A stretch of DNA of 63,542 nucleotides, the filler included, from Pseudobdellovibrionaceae bacterium (GTDB taxonomy: Bacteria > Bdellovibrionota > Bdellovibrionia > Bdellovibrionales > UBA1609), in the NCBI GenBank assembly GCA_030591685.1. It is 9 parts of 9 records of this genome, joined end to end, with 100 filler letters (N's around TTAATTAATTAA, not from the genome) between each part and the next. Parts side by side here need not be neighbours in the genome. Positions count along the whole stretch, not along the records: positions 29,962 to 50,589 come from JAUVAX010000038.1; 8 more parts are not named here. One strand, 5' to 3'. Below, piece after piece: positions 30,540 through 40,582 of the stretch. The translations under genes were made by a program, and so were the position numbers. The notes under the pieces were generated by a model, which saw nothing but the letters and a program-made list of their open reading frames with translations, was not told where the DNA came from and ran no database searches. Position 1 is the stretch's first letter. Each line of letters starts with the position of its first letter.

Positions 30540-31520
30540 CTAGTAAGTTGTTGGGCTCATTTTAGGGGTAACTCTAAAAGAACGTGCCACAAGTTTAATT
30601 TGATAAACCGAATAGCCCTTTTTAACATTTGAATTGGACTTATATTTATTTAAAAACTGCAGAAAAAAGAGCTCCTTAACGTTTGAGTCTTTAATTACAA
30701 TTTTTGTTTTTAAATTATACCTTGAAAACAATGGTACTATTTTTTGGGATATTTTTGAAAACTTTAAATTTATATCGCCCTTAATCTGAACTTGTAGGTC
30801 ATCTTTTTGAGAGCCAAGAGTAACGTTATTTAAAGAAAGTACGCCATCAACAAGGTGTCCATTGAGTTTAAGTTTTGTAAAAACTAAACCAGGAAGCTTT
30901 ACAGGGCCAAGCCCTGGGGCATTAATAGTTCCTTCAGGAAGTCGAATGTTATCAGAAGAGACACTAAACTCAGCATCAGGCTGCTCCTTAAACTGGAGTT
31001 CTAGCGTTCCACTGGCGTTGGCCTCTAGGTCGCCACTTATATTTATGGGCAAGGCGATAGTTTTACTGAGCTCTTTTAATGATAGATCCTCAACGTCAAG
31101 ACTCATATTGCTGAAAATAAGATTTTCTTTGTCGGGACTTTCTTGAGCATAAGTTAAGCTGAGATTTCCTCCAAATAAATTTTCTATAAAAACACTGAGC
31201 CCCAAATTAAATTTTAAAAGCTCTAACAAAGAAGGGGACAGGCTTAAACTAGAAGCTTTCAACAAAGGTAGGCTTGGGGTGAGAAGCTCTATGTCATTCA
31301 ATTTTAAATGAGGGGTTGGGAGTATGTTTAAACTTAATTTATTAAATTGTAAATAAACTTGATTATTTGTGGCTCTAGTAATTTTAGAGGTTACAAATTC
31401 TGACAAGTCATCATAGGGGAATGTTGTGATAATAAAAGCCAGGGTGAGCACAAAAAACACAACTATTTTTATTTTATGAAATTTTAATGGTGAAAGTAGT
31501 AACTGAATTATTGATCCCAT
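30540..31520 (-). CDS. gspN: Type II secretion protein GspN
   Basis: N-terminal TM then TFPYDDL; last gene of the gsp cluster. Confidence 0.8.
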   Translation of the reverse strand: MGSIIQLLLSPLKFHKIKIVVFFVLTLAFIITTFPYDDLSEFVTSKITRATNNQVYLQFNKLSLNILPTPHLKLNDIELLTPSLPLLKASSLSLSPSLLELLKFNLGLSVFIENLFGGNLSLTYAQESPDKENLIFSNMSLDVEDLSLKELSKTIALPINISGDLEANASGTLELQFKEQPDAEFSVSSDNIRLPEGTINAPGLGPVKLPGLVFTKLKLNGHLVDGVLSLNNVTLGSQKDDLQVQIKGDINLKFSKISQKIVPLFSRYNLKTKIVIKDSNVKELFFLQFLNKYKSNSNVKKGYSVYQIKLVARSFRVTPKMSPTTY

Positions 31521-31544
31521 GCTCTGTGTCCGCCCAATACCTTT

Positions 31545-32210
31545 TTAACGTTTCTTTCTTCGAGATTTCTTTTTTTTACTTTTCTTCAGCTCTTCAATTT
31601 TAGGTGCATTAAAAATAACAAGAACATATTTTGCATTGTAGTAGTGGGGGTCTTTTTTATCTGAAAAAATATCAACATCTATCAGCCGTGCCGTCGAGTG
31701 AAGGGATTCCATTTTTTGACCCACATCCATGACTTGCTCTAAATTGAGCTTTGAGAGCGTGATTTCAACAGCGTCTGTAATTATTTTTTTAGGTACATAA
31801 CGAGGTGATTTGTAGTTATCTAAGACCTGTACGTCTTTTATTTGCTCAGAGGTTAAATTCAGTGACTCTAGCTCACGAGTCACTGAGCTCTTTGCAAAAG
31901 CAATAGGAAAGGGCTTTGGCAGTAATGCACTAGAAGCCGCGGTTGAAGATTTAAGTAATCGACGAATTAAAGTTCTATTGTCTTCAAACTCTGTAATGTA
32001 CTCTGAGGATGTTTGAATGTAGCTATAGGGGACAAGGAATAATAAAAAAATAAATAAAAATCCAGAGGCAGAAACTATAAGCTTTTGTTGCTTTGTGGGT
32101 AAAACTTCAAAGCCTTCTTTAATGCGGATAAAAAGAGGGTTTTCTTTAAGGTGTTCATAGGCCTTGATGAAGGCATCTTTAACTTGCTCTTTTATATCTC
32201 GGATGGCCAT
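31545..32210 (-). CDS. gspM: Type II secretion protein GspM-like
   Basis: Single TM; position between gspL and gspN. Confidence 0.65.
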   Translation of the reverse strand: MAIRDIKEQVKDAFIKAYEHLKENPLFIRIKEGFEVLPTKQQKLIVSASGFLFIFLLFLVPYSYIQTSSEYITEFEDNRTLIRRLLKSSTAASSALLPKPFPIAFAKSSVTRELESLNLTSEQIKDVQVLDNYKSPRYVPKKIITDAVEITLSKLNLEQVMDVGQKMESLHSTARLIDVDIFSDKKDPHYYNAKYVLVIFNAPKIEELKKSKKKKSRRKKR

Positions 32211-32211
32211 A

Positions 32212-33849
32212 TTATAGGTGCCCCTTTTTTCTTGAAACAGAGAACTTATATGAAAAAGATTTTTTACCAGAAGGAGCTAAAAGTCGAGAATTCAATGAGG
32301 TGATTTTATTTTTTAAAGCATATTGTTTTAAAACATCTTTAAGGATTTTCAAACTATCTGTTCGATTGACTAAGCCAGAAATAGTAACCTGAGTATTTTT
32401 TATATTAAGCCTTCTCACATCAAGGGTGAGTTGTTTTTTTGAGGGTAGCTTGCTAGAGAGATCTTTAATGATGTCCAGGGCAGAGGTGACTTGCGACAGT
32501 TGTTCAAACTCTTTTATGTTTTTAGCTCTAAGCTCTTGATTATGAATATATTTTTTTGTTTGTTTTACGGCTCTTCGGCCCGAAATTCCAGCGACTGACT
32601 TGGCTTGGTCTTTGAGCACAAGCTCAGACTCTTCAGAAATAGTGAGGGCCATTTGCTCACGTAAAAAACCAAAAACCACAAGTAAAGCAAAACAAGCGGT
32701 TGCCACCTTTAGGGAAAAGTTCCATTTTTGCCAAAAAAGTTCAAAAGACTCATTTTTTTTAGCAAACTCACCTTTTAAAAAATTAATGGCTGGGTTGCGT
32801 GGTTTTTTTAAGCCCTCAATGGCCAGGCCAAGAGCCACACTTCCAGTCACACTCGAGTAGGTCGCCGCTTTATTTGCAACTTGGTTTAAGGAAGTTTTTA
32901 TAGAATTTGATGTGACCTCTAATTTTTGAGTAAAATAAGGCCCAATGTTTTTAATGTATGCGGCCCCGCCAGCTAACGAACACTTCTCAATGTCTAAGTT
33001 AAACTTACTTTTAAGCTCTAAAAAAGTAAGAGTTAGGTCATGCGCAAATTTATCTATGGACTTTTGTAAGGTTTCTGAAAATACAATTTGATCTGAGGTG
33101 GCGTCATCCTTGTTAACTAAAATATACCCTTGAGCTTTAAGCTCCTTGAGGGATTCAGATAAAGGGATTTGATACTTGATAGCTAAATCCTCAGCAATAT
33201 ATCGAACCCCCCAGCTAAAGCTTCGAATACAAGTGAGGTCATCATCAACATACATAAGAAGCATTGTATCTTCGTAACCAATATTTAAAATTATATGGGC
33301 CTGGGAGTTACGGTTCTCAACATCAGATGTGCTTTTTTCTATTGGGGGGTCAACCCAGTTTTCAAAAATATTAGAAAAAGCAAGAGCTCGGGTACTGATT
33401 ATATAAGGGTCAAACCCAGCGTCTTTACAGAGCTCTAGGGTTTGTATTACATGCTCTTTTGATGTTGCTGATGCCAGAACATTTGTTTGCTCAGGTTCAT
33501 AGGATGTGATTTTAGCCTCAAACACCCCATTATCAAGAGATAGGGGGATGCTGTCCTCAAGTTCAAAGGCTAAGCTTTTTTGAATATTATAACGCTCTTT
33601 AAAGGGAAAGGTTAAGTGTCTATGGGTTACATAGGACTGATCAATACCTACAATGAAATGAGTTTCCCCGGGGTTAAATTTTGAAGTGAAGTTTCTTAGT
33701 ATATCAATAACTTCTAGGCGGTTGTTGGCATTGGGGTCTTGAGAGATCTTAAACTCTGTGTATTTAGTCAGCTCGCCAGAGGTAGAATTGGGGCTGACCT
33801 CTGCAATTTTAACACTGTAGGAATCAATATCAATACCAATATATTTCAC
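32212..33849 (-). CDS. gspL: Type II secretion protein GspL (PilM/actin-like plus periplasmic domain)
   Basis: IGIDIDSYSVK, FELEDSIP, LAGGAA, AINFLKGEF, TM helix. Confidence 0.8.
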   Translation of the reverse strand: MKYIGIDIDSYSVKIAEVSPNSTSGELTKYTEFKISQDPNANNRLEVIDILRNFTSKFNPGETHFIVGIDQSYVTHRHLTFPFKERYNIQKSLAFELEDSIPLSLDNGVFEAKITSYEPEQTNVLASATSKEHVIQTLELCKDAGFDPYIISTRALAFSNIFENWVDPPIEKSTSDVENRNSQAHIILNIGYEDTMLLMYVDDDLTCIRSFSWGVRYIAEDLAIKYQIPLSESLKELKAQGYILVNKDDATSDQIVFSETLQKSIDKFAHDLTLTFLELKSKFNLDIEKCSLAGGAAYIKNIGPYFTQKLEVTSNSIKTSLNQVANKAATYSSVTGSVALGLAIEGLKKPRNPAINFLKGEFAKKNESFELFWQKWNFSLKVATACFALLVVFGFLREQMALTISEESELVLKDQAKSVAGISGRRAVKQTKKYIHNQELRAKNIKEFEQLSQVTSALDIIKDLSSKLPSKKQLTLDVRRLNIKNTQVTISGLVNRTDSLKILKDVLKQYALKNKITSLNSRLLAPSGKKSFSYKFSVSRKKGHL

Positions 33850-33996
33850 GACTAAATCCCAAGAGCTAAGAGTAATAATTTAATTACCTAATGAAGACTC
33901 TAGCATGTATGCTTTAGGCGAGCATGTGATTTTTTAATCAAATTATGGGTTTAGATCAAAAAGCTAGACTTTTGTGCCAGTGGTTTAAGGATATAA

Positions 33997-34518
33997 ATGA
34001 CAGTTAAAAAAGTAAAATTAATAGAACACCTCTCGATCTCACCCTATACGGTCACAGCTTGTTATAGGCGCCAAGGCGAGTGTTTAGAGTTGTCGTTTAA
34101 TATTGAAGGGGACATGAGTAGTATAGTGTTTCCGGAATTAAAAAATCGTCCTATTAGGCAGCACAATTTATGGCAGCACACCTGTTTTGAAGTGTTCTTA
34201 CAATCCCCGATGAGCAAAAATTACCTTGAACTTAATTTATCACCTCATGGCCCTTGGCAGTGCTATGAGTTTAGCTCTTATAGAAAAAACAGGGCTGAGA
34301 GTTTAAAGGTCATAAGTGTTAGGTCTCAAAACTTCCAGGGTAAAAATTCATATAGATGCTCTTTTGCTCTCAATTTTTTTGAAGAGGGGATTTTGCTTTA
34401 TACGCAGATAAAGCCTGCTTGTGTTTTAAAATCAAAACAACAACTCACCTATTGGTCGACAGAACACTCATCGACAAAGCCAGATTTTCATGCCCCTTGT
34501 GGGTATCAGGCTCTTTAG
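33997..34518 (+). CDS. DOMON-like domain protein
   Basis: LWQHTCFEVF, YLELNLSPHGPW, YWS..H...KPDFH. Confidence 0.8.
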   Translation: MTVKKVKLIEHLSISPYTVTACYRRQGECLELSFNIEGDMSSIVFPELKNRPIRQHNLWQHTCFEVFLQSPMSKNYLELNLSPHGPWQCYEFSSYRKNRAESLKVISVRSQNFQGKNSYRCSFALNFFEEGILLYTQIKPACVLKSKQQLTYWSTEHSSTKPDFHAPCGYQAL

Positions 34519-34766
34519 GGGGCTTGTGCATTCAAGAAAAGGCTCAGTATAGAACGCTAATAAGTGCCGTTTGTACATTTTTTTAATCCTATGCATTGAT
34601 TTATTTAAGGCCAAACTCTGTTTAACCAAAAGAATACATCTTTATAAAAAATAGAACTGAGTTTAAAATGAATTTTTTATCTATAAAAAGGCCAGAGTTA
34701 AATAAATAGTCTTATTATTAGTCTTTGTATTTTGAAATAAAAATTAATTATGGTAGTCATTTCAAC

Positions 34767-35504
34767 ATGAAACTAGCTAATTTAGACGGGAAACCCGAAA
34801 TATTTTTAAGCTACCAAGGCGAGGGCGCAACAATGGGGACTCCTTGTATATTTGTGAGGTTAAGTCAGTGCAATCTACACTGCATTTGGTGTGATACAGA
34901 CTACACCTGGAACTGGGAGGGGAGTTCATTTTTGACTCTGACCGGTGAGAAGTTTAAAAAATCGAATTTCATTTTAGATATATCAATAGATGAAGTCTGT
35001 AATCAGGTACTAAAGTTTAACTGTAAGCATATAGTCATCACCGGAGGAGAGCCGCTTTTACAGCAAAAAGAGCTCATAGGGTTAATAAGAAAGATTAAAC
35101 AAACTCTCCCTGGTGTTTTTATTGAGCTTGAAACAAATGGGACCCTTGTGCCCTTAGACGAGTTAGATATTAACGTGGATCAGTATAACGTATCTTTAAA
35201 GCTTAAAAGCTCAAACGTTAAAGAGTCACTGAGGTTGCGTCCGAGGAGTATTGATTTTTTTAAAGCCTCTAAAAAAAGTTTTTTTAAATTTGTGCTCTCG
35301 ACTCCTGAAGACAGGGGTGAGCTTTTAGAAGTGGTTACAAAGTATGAGATACCAAGTTTAAAAGTTTTTCTCATGCCAGAGGGCACAAGTTGTGAAGCTT
35401 TAGATAGTAAAAGTGGTTTTATAAAAAACATTTGCTCTGAGTTAGGGTTTCGCTTTACAGACCGAAAGCACGTGCGTGAATTTGGATCTAGGCGGGGTGT
35501 TTAA
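34767..35504 (+). CDS. queE: 7-carboxy-7-deazaguanine synthase (radical SAM)
   Basis: EIFLSYQGEG, CNLHCIWCDTDYTW, VITGGEPLLQ, IELETNGT, LMPEG. Confidence 0.9.
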   Translation: MKLANLDGKPEIFLSYQGEGATMGTPCIFVRLSQCNLHCIWCDTDYTWNWEGSSFLTLTGEKFKKSNFILDISIDEVCNQVLKFNCKHIVITGGEPLLQQKELIGLIRKIKQTLPGVFIELETNGTLVPLDELDINVDQYNVSLKLKSSNVKESLRLRPRSIDFFKASKKSFFKFVLSTPEDRGELLEVVTKYEIPSLKVFLMPEGTSCEALDSKSGFIKNICSELGFRFTDRKHVREFGSRRGV

Positions 35505-36763
35505 GTTTCTTCCCAATAAACAATATGTGGCCGGCCTGTTGGAGCGGGGCTTGTTTTTTCGTCCTTTTGAGGGGCTTTAGGTTTAGTGGTAGCGTTTGAG
35601 CCAGTGGTCGTCGGTGTTGGTTTGGGTCCTGAGCCAGCGGGCTTAGAACTAGCATCTTGTTTTTTAAAAGCCTCTGCTAGATGACCTTTTAAATTTTCAA
35701 AATCAAAGGTTACAACCTCAATTTCTCTTGAGACATTCGAATACATCCCGTAACTTTTAATTCTAAAGTTGAACTCGGTTTCAAAAAATAACGGTATTTT
35801 TTGTGTGTTAAAAGTACTCTCTTCGGTGTTGATACTGAACTCAGTAGATAAATAGTCTAAAAAATCCTTTTCGTCTTTAAAGGGACCTTGCTCTGGAGTC
35901 TCTGAGCCATTTCGGTACTCTATGATACTTTTGGAGATCTCGTCAGTGATTTGTGGGTCTATGGATTTTAAAATATCAGCTTGTGCATGATTAATATTAA
36001 TTCCGCTCACCCCATAGACGGTGATTTTTTGCTTGAGTAAAGTATAGAGCTCTTCATTCATACCCTCTACAAGTCTTAACTCTTCTATGGTTTTAAAGGG
36101 CTCGTTAGGGGGGATGAAGTCACTGTCATAGTTGCTATAGTAGGAGCTTTCGTCCCCTCCGTTTAAACTGTCTCTATCCTCATCGACCCAATCGACTAAA
36201 TGAAATACGAGTTCTTCAAAGTTAGTGTTTCTATACTTTTCTCCAAAAGCCTCATCGCCCTCTACTTTGTTATTAAAAATCGATAATATTTGTTCTCGAG
36301 TGGCTTTTGCAATAGATTCAATGGGATGGTTAATTGAGTTAAGGTCTATTTTTGACCCTTCAGTATCAATGGTGACAACATATTGCCCTTGCATAAAGGA
36401 CTCTTTATTAATTTTATTAATTTCGCCCTTTGTAACAGCTGACAGGTCTGTTGGAATATCCGGGGGCCATGAAAAGGGCATTTGCCAGATGAGGTCTAAG
36501 TATTGCTTGTTTGCTTTTAATTGCTCCTTATCAATGTTCGCTAAAGAGTGAAGGGCCTGTTTATATAAAAGAACCCTTAAGAGTCCAATTTTTAACCCGG
36601 CCTTGGAGGCATAATAGGCTCGCAGCCGATTGATCGACTGGGAGCTCACGGCGTACTCAACAATATTCATCCTCTGGGTCTCGATGGCCAGAAACATCAT
36701 CACCATTACTGAAAAAGTGACAACCAAAATGGCAACTCCATTGCTATTACAGTGTGGCTTCAG
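35501..36763 (-). CDS. gspK: Type II secretion minor pseudopilin GspK (probable CTG start at 36763)
   Basis: NGVAILVV N-terminus, KIDLN, DWVDED, ELRLVEG, ININHA. Confidence 0.88.
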   Translation of the reverse strand: MKPHCNSNGVAILVVTFSVMVMMFLAIETQRMNIVEYAVSSQSINRLRAYYASKAGLKIGLLRVLLYKQALHSLANIDKEQLKANKQYLDLIWQMPFSWPPDIPTDLSAVTKGEINKINKESFMQGQYVVTIDTEGSKIDLNSINHPIESIAKATREQILSIFNNKVEGDEAFGEKYRNTNFEELVFHLVDWVDEDRDSLNGGDESSYYSNYDSDFIPPNEPFKTIEELRLVEGMNEELYTLLKQKITVYGVSGININHAQADILKSIDPQITDEISKSIIEYRNGSETPEQGPFKDEKDFLDYLSTEFSINTEESTFNTQKIPLFFETEFNFRIKSYGMYSNVSREIEVVTFDFENLKGHLAEAFKKQDASSKPAGSGPKPTPTTTGSNATTKPKAPQKDEKTSPAPTGRPHIVYWEET

Positions 36764-37595
36764 TTGAGATCTCCTTTTTTTCAGGGGGATTATTAGGAAA
36801 TCTAATTTTAGCCATCATAGTCATGGAGTAGAGTTTATCACCACTCCCTTTAGGTAATTTGATACTTAAGGTTATTTTAACAGCGCTGGGGAAGTGGGCC
36901 TTGATGGTGGGATCTAAGCTTTCTTTGCTGTCCCAAGAGTTCACCCATTCTTCGGTGGATAACTTATAATATGAAATCTCAAAGTGATCTACATTTTCAA
37001 CCAACACCGAAGAGCGCCCCCCCTCTTCGGGCCGGTCGTCAATAATGGATGAAATGCGCCTCCATAAACACGGGCTTGATTTTGATTTATTAAATACAGA
37101 CTTGCAGGGTTTAAGCTCGTATCCAATTTCGGCTTGGTTGCTAGTTTTAATAAGTAAATTTGTTTGAACGTTACTTAAAGAGGCAAAGTTTATTTTTTGT
37201 TTATCTCCAATAAAATGTGTGAGTACTGTATAGGTTTTGGGTTCAAAGGCTGGCTTTGTTGGCGGTGCACTGGGGTTTGTCGGCGGCAGTGGATTCGTTT
37301 TTTTTGGATTTACAGGTGCAGTGGTTGATTTTGCAGGTTCTAAGGAGGCGGCTTTAGCCTCGTTGTAAAGCTCTACTTGTATGTTTCGATAGTGAAAAGC
37401 CCTGTTAACATCTCTTTGAATTATATTAAGAGCATCACGAACGAGCGAAACCCCCTCTACCGCAAGGGTGTGTCGTTTTTTTGATCTTATGGCGTTGCTG
37501 ATAGATTCAGCTGTGAATGAAGATATAAAAGCCAATATAGACACCGAGATTAAGATTTCAATTAAGGTAAGGCCCTTTTCATTTTGAATTCTCAT
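36747..37595 (-). CDS. gspJ: Type II secretion pseudopilin GspJ
   Basis: Prepilin motif GLTLIE; WDS and PSAVKI C-terminal motif. Confidence 0.85.
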   Translation of the reverse strand: MRIQNEKGLTLIEILISVSILAFISSFTAESISNAIRSKKRHTLAVEGVSLVRDALNIIQRDVNRAFHYRNIQVELYNEAKAASLEPAKSTTAPVNPKKTNPLPPTNPSAPPTKPAFEPKTYTVLTHFIGDKQKINFASLSNVQTNLLIKTSNQAEIGYELKPCKSVFNKSKSSPCLWRRISSIIDDRPEEGGRSSVLVENVDHFEISYYKLSTEEWVNSWDSKESLDPTIKAHFPSAVKITLSIKLPKGSGDKLYSMTMMAKIRFPNNPPEKKEISTEATL

Positions 37596-38119
37596 GGAGA
37601 ACCTCCAGACCCAGAAGCAGGGCTAGCGCCGCCGAGTGTGAATGCCTGGGTGTAGTCTACAAAATAAGTGCTGACGCTAAATTTTACAGGCTTTTTTCTC
37701 ACCGTTGTTTTTACCGTAATCGTCGCCTCTTTAACGGTGTTAGATAAATACTCTTTCATTTGGTTAAGCACCATCACTAAGGTTTCGTTCATAAAGCTTT
37801 CTTCGCTACCGGCAGAGTAAAGCTCTTTAATATCAGGCATTTCAAACTCTTGAGTTTTAAACTCCCAAGAGTAATCAGGGTGATCTGAACCAAAATCACC
37901 AGAGAGTTCTTCGGGTATTTCGCCAAAAGGGGCATTTTCGTATTTAAGCTCCAGTTCGATAGTTTTTTGCTCAAGTAATGTGGTGATGTTGTTGTAGAGT
38001 TTTATTTTTTGTATTCGGGTCGCGTTTCCACTCCAAATCAATGAAACGGTAATAGTGGCACCGAGTAAAATGCCTATAGATATAATCACCTCAATGAGGG
38101 TAAATCCTTTTTGTTTCAT
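37592..38119 (-). CDS. gspI: Type II secretion pseudopilin GspI
   Basis: GFTLIEV; gene order. Confidence 0.8.
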   Translation of the reverse strand: MKQKGFTLIEVIISIGILLGATITVSLIWSGNATRIQKIKLYNNITTLLEQKTIELELKYENAPFGEIPEELSGDFGSDHPDYSWEFKTQEFEMPDIKELYSAGSEESFMNETLVMVLNQMKEYLSNTVKEATITVKTTVRKKPVKFSVSTYFVDYTQAFTLGGASPASGSGGSP

Positions 38120-38742
38120 TGGCTGTAAATGTCCTTTAAGGCTATATACTTTGGTAAAGTATTGGCCTTTCCGGTTAAGGGGTGAAAAGCGATGGTCCAG
38201 TGCTTTTGAACCTCAAGCTGTGTTGATTTAAAGTGTATAGCAGACTCATCAACAAGGCCTTGTGGTAAAAAATAAATATAAGCATACCCTTCAGTGATCT
38301 CAGCTTTTGCCGTGGCCATCTCCACACTGGAAATGCGTAAACCCTTAGGTATAATTTGCGGCTCTTTAAAAACCTTTTTAGCGAGGGAAAAGTCAGAAGG
38401 AGGTGAGTCCTCATTGTCCTCTTTAGCCTCCAGGATGTCCTTAATGGGACTTTCGCCCTCTAAGAGAACCCCGGCAACACGTGAACGCTCGACCCAAAAG
38501 GACTGCTCCTCGTCGCTATCCTCTGCCCCAAGGCGAATAACAATACGAAAGGTAGCGTTGTAGAGTTTAGCTTTAGATTGAATCTCTTTAGACACCAGGG
38601 CGAACTGATGTAGAAACTTTTTTTGACTTCTGTTTGAGCTCACAAGGTAGTTCACAGATAAAGACATGATCCCAGCCATAATAGCTAAAACAATCATAAT
38701 TTCTATGAGAGTAAAACCTTTGTTGTGATTCAACGGGGTCAT
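38116..38742 (-). CDS. gspH: Type II secretion pseudopilin GspH
   Basis: GFTLIEIMIV; YFLPQG; gene order. Confidence 0.8.
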   Translation of the reverse strand: MTPLNHNKGFTLIEIMIVLAIMAGIMSLSVNYLVSSNRSQKKFLHQFALVSKEIQSKAKLYNATFRIVIRLGAEDSDEEQSFWVERSRVAGVLLEGESPIKDILEAKEDNEDSPPSDFSLAKKVFKEPQIIPKGLRISSVEMATAKAEITEGYAYIYFLPQGLVDESAIHFKSTQLEVQKHWTIAFHPLTGKANTLPKYIALKDIYSQ

Positions 38743-38852
38743 ACAAATATTAAACCCCAGTTCTGGGTAAATGAGAAGGCTAAGTGAGAATTTTTATAAG
38801 TTTAACTCTCACTTAAAAAATGAAACTAAAGACGTGATTGTTAGGTTTAGAG

Positions 38853-39290
38853 CTATTTATCTGACGTGGACTCTTTATTTGAGATATCTTTGGCATATCC
38901 ACTCCCGCCTTCTCGCTTATCGCCTCCAAGAGATCCGACAAAGTATCCATCATCTTCGAGCTCATAAATAAGAGGTTTACCCCAGGGGTCTTTAGGAATT
39001 TTTTTTATGTACGCATCGGGGCCCCAGTCATCACAGCCCTCAGGTGGTGCTTCTATAAGAGCCTCTAACCCCTGATCAGTAGAGGGGTAGGTGCTGCAGG
39101 ACATATAGTACTCATCAAGGGCCTTTCCGACTTCAGAGATAAGGATTTTAGCCTCTCTCATTTCGGCTCTTCTCATACTGTTCATGACGTTGTTAATTAA
39201 AAACCCACTGAGGCCAGCAATAATCACTAAAACAATCATTATTTCTATTAATGTCATGCCTTTTTCGTTTTTGAGGTGTTTAGGGGTCAT
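38853..39290 (-). CDS. gspG: Type II secretion major pseudopilin GspG
   Basis: GMTLIEIMIV, YPSTDQGLEAL, PKDPWG, SLGGDKREGG. Confidence 0.95.
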   Translation of the reverse strand: MTPKHLKNEKGMTLIEIMIVLVIIAGLSGFLINNVMNSMRRAEMREAKILISEVGKALDEYYMSCSTYPSTDQGLEALIEAPPEGCDDWGPDAYIKKIPKDPWGKPLIYELEDDGYFVGSLGGDKREGGSGYAKDISNKESTSDK

Positions 39291-39344
39291 AATTAAAATC
39301 TCCAGTTGTATTTTAAGTTATTTATTTAGATTTGAGTTGTTATT

Positions 39345-40571
39345 CTAACCGCCAATGCTTGAAAGTTCAAATATTGGTATCATAATAGCGAAAACTATAG
39401 TCCCAATAACAAGCCCCATAATTATTAACATCACAGGCTCGAGTAGGGAGGTCAGGCCATCAACACTACTTTTTACTTGGTAATCATAAGCATCGCTGAC
39501 CTGCGTCAGCATATTTTCTAAGTCTCCTGTTTTTTCACCAATATTAATCATATGCAAAACGAGCGGGGGGAACTGACCGGATTGCTTTAGGGGCCCAGCA
39601 ATGGACTCCCCTTCGTTTATATTGTCTCGGGCTTGGTCGATGGCCGCCCCAATGGTCTCATTGTTAACAACGTTTCTAACAATATTCATGGCGGAGATCA
39701 TTGGGACCCCTCCCACAAGTAGCGTGGCTAAAGTTTTAGCAAATCGTGAGACCGCAATAAGGCGCACCATGGGGCCAATGATGGGGAGTTTTAATATTAA
39801 GTGATCGTATTGCTTTTGGCCAGTGGTTGAGTTTTTCCAGCTTAAGAACATAAAAAATACTGCCACTACAGCCACCGTCATCACATGCCAGTAGTTGACT
39901 AAAGTATCGCTGAGGTCAATGACCACCTTAGAGTACCAGGGGAGAACAAGCTCCGGGAAAGAGTCAAAAATATCTGTAATTTTAGGTATGACGTAGACAA
40001 ATAAAACGGCCAACATAATAGTGATAAATATAAGCATTAAAACAGGGTAAATCATTGCGGATTTAATTTTAGAATTCAATTGATGTTGGCCCTCGGTGAA
40101 TTCAGCGAGTCGTAATAAAATAACATCTAGGGTTCCGGACATTTCACCGGCTTCACACATGGAAACATAGACTTTATTAAAAACCCTAGGGTGCTTTTGC
40201 AGAGCTTTATTAAAAGACCCCCCTTCGTTAACAAAGTTACGGGATTCATTAATAATGTCTGAGAGTTTAGGGTTTTCAATTTGTTCACCGACGGCCCCAA
40301 GGCTATCAACAAGAGGTATATTGGCCTTTAAAAGAGTGGCCAACTGGCGAGTCATCATAGCTAAGTCTTCGACGCCTATGCCTGTTGTGATAGAACTAGA
40401 TTTACTGCCCTTGCCTCGTGCTGCTCTGATTTTGGCGCGGTCTGATATTTCAACAATATAGATATTATCTTTTTTTAACTTTAATTTTGCCGAGCGGACA
40501 TTGTCGGCATCAACGGTGCCGCGAACATTTTTACCACTTTTGTTTAATCCACGATACTCAAATAACGGCAT
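39345..40571 (-). CDS. gspF: Type II secretion inner-membrane protein GspF
   Basis: TRQLATLL, AGEMSGTL, SAMIYP, GEKTGDL, LLEP. Confidence 0.95.
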   Translation of the reverse strand: MPLFEYRGLNKSGKNVRGTVDADNVRSAKLKLKKDNIYIVEISDRAKIRAARGKGSKSSSITTGIGVEDLAMMTRQLATLLKANIPLVDSLGAVGEQIENPKLSDIINESRNFVNEGGSFNKALQKHPRVFNKVYVSMCEAGEMSGTLDVILLRLAEFTEGQHQLNSKIKSAMIYPVLMLIFITIMLAVLFVYVIPKITDIFDSFPELVLPWYSKVVIDLSDTLVNYWHVMTVAVVAVFFMFLSWKNSTTGQKQYDHLILKLPIIGPMVRLIAVSRFAKTLATLLVGGVPMISAMNIVRNVVNNETIGAAIDQARDNINEGESIAGPLKQSGQFPPLVLHMINIGEKTGDLENMLTQVSDAYDYQVKSSVDGLTSLLEPVMLIIMGLVIGTIVFAIMIPIFELSSIGG

Positions 40572-40582
40572 GTTTTTTAACC

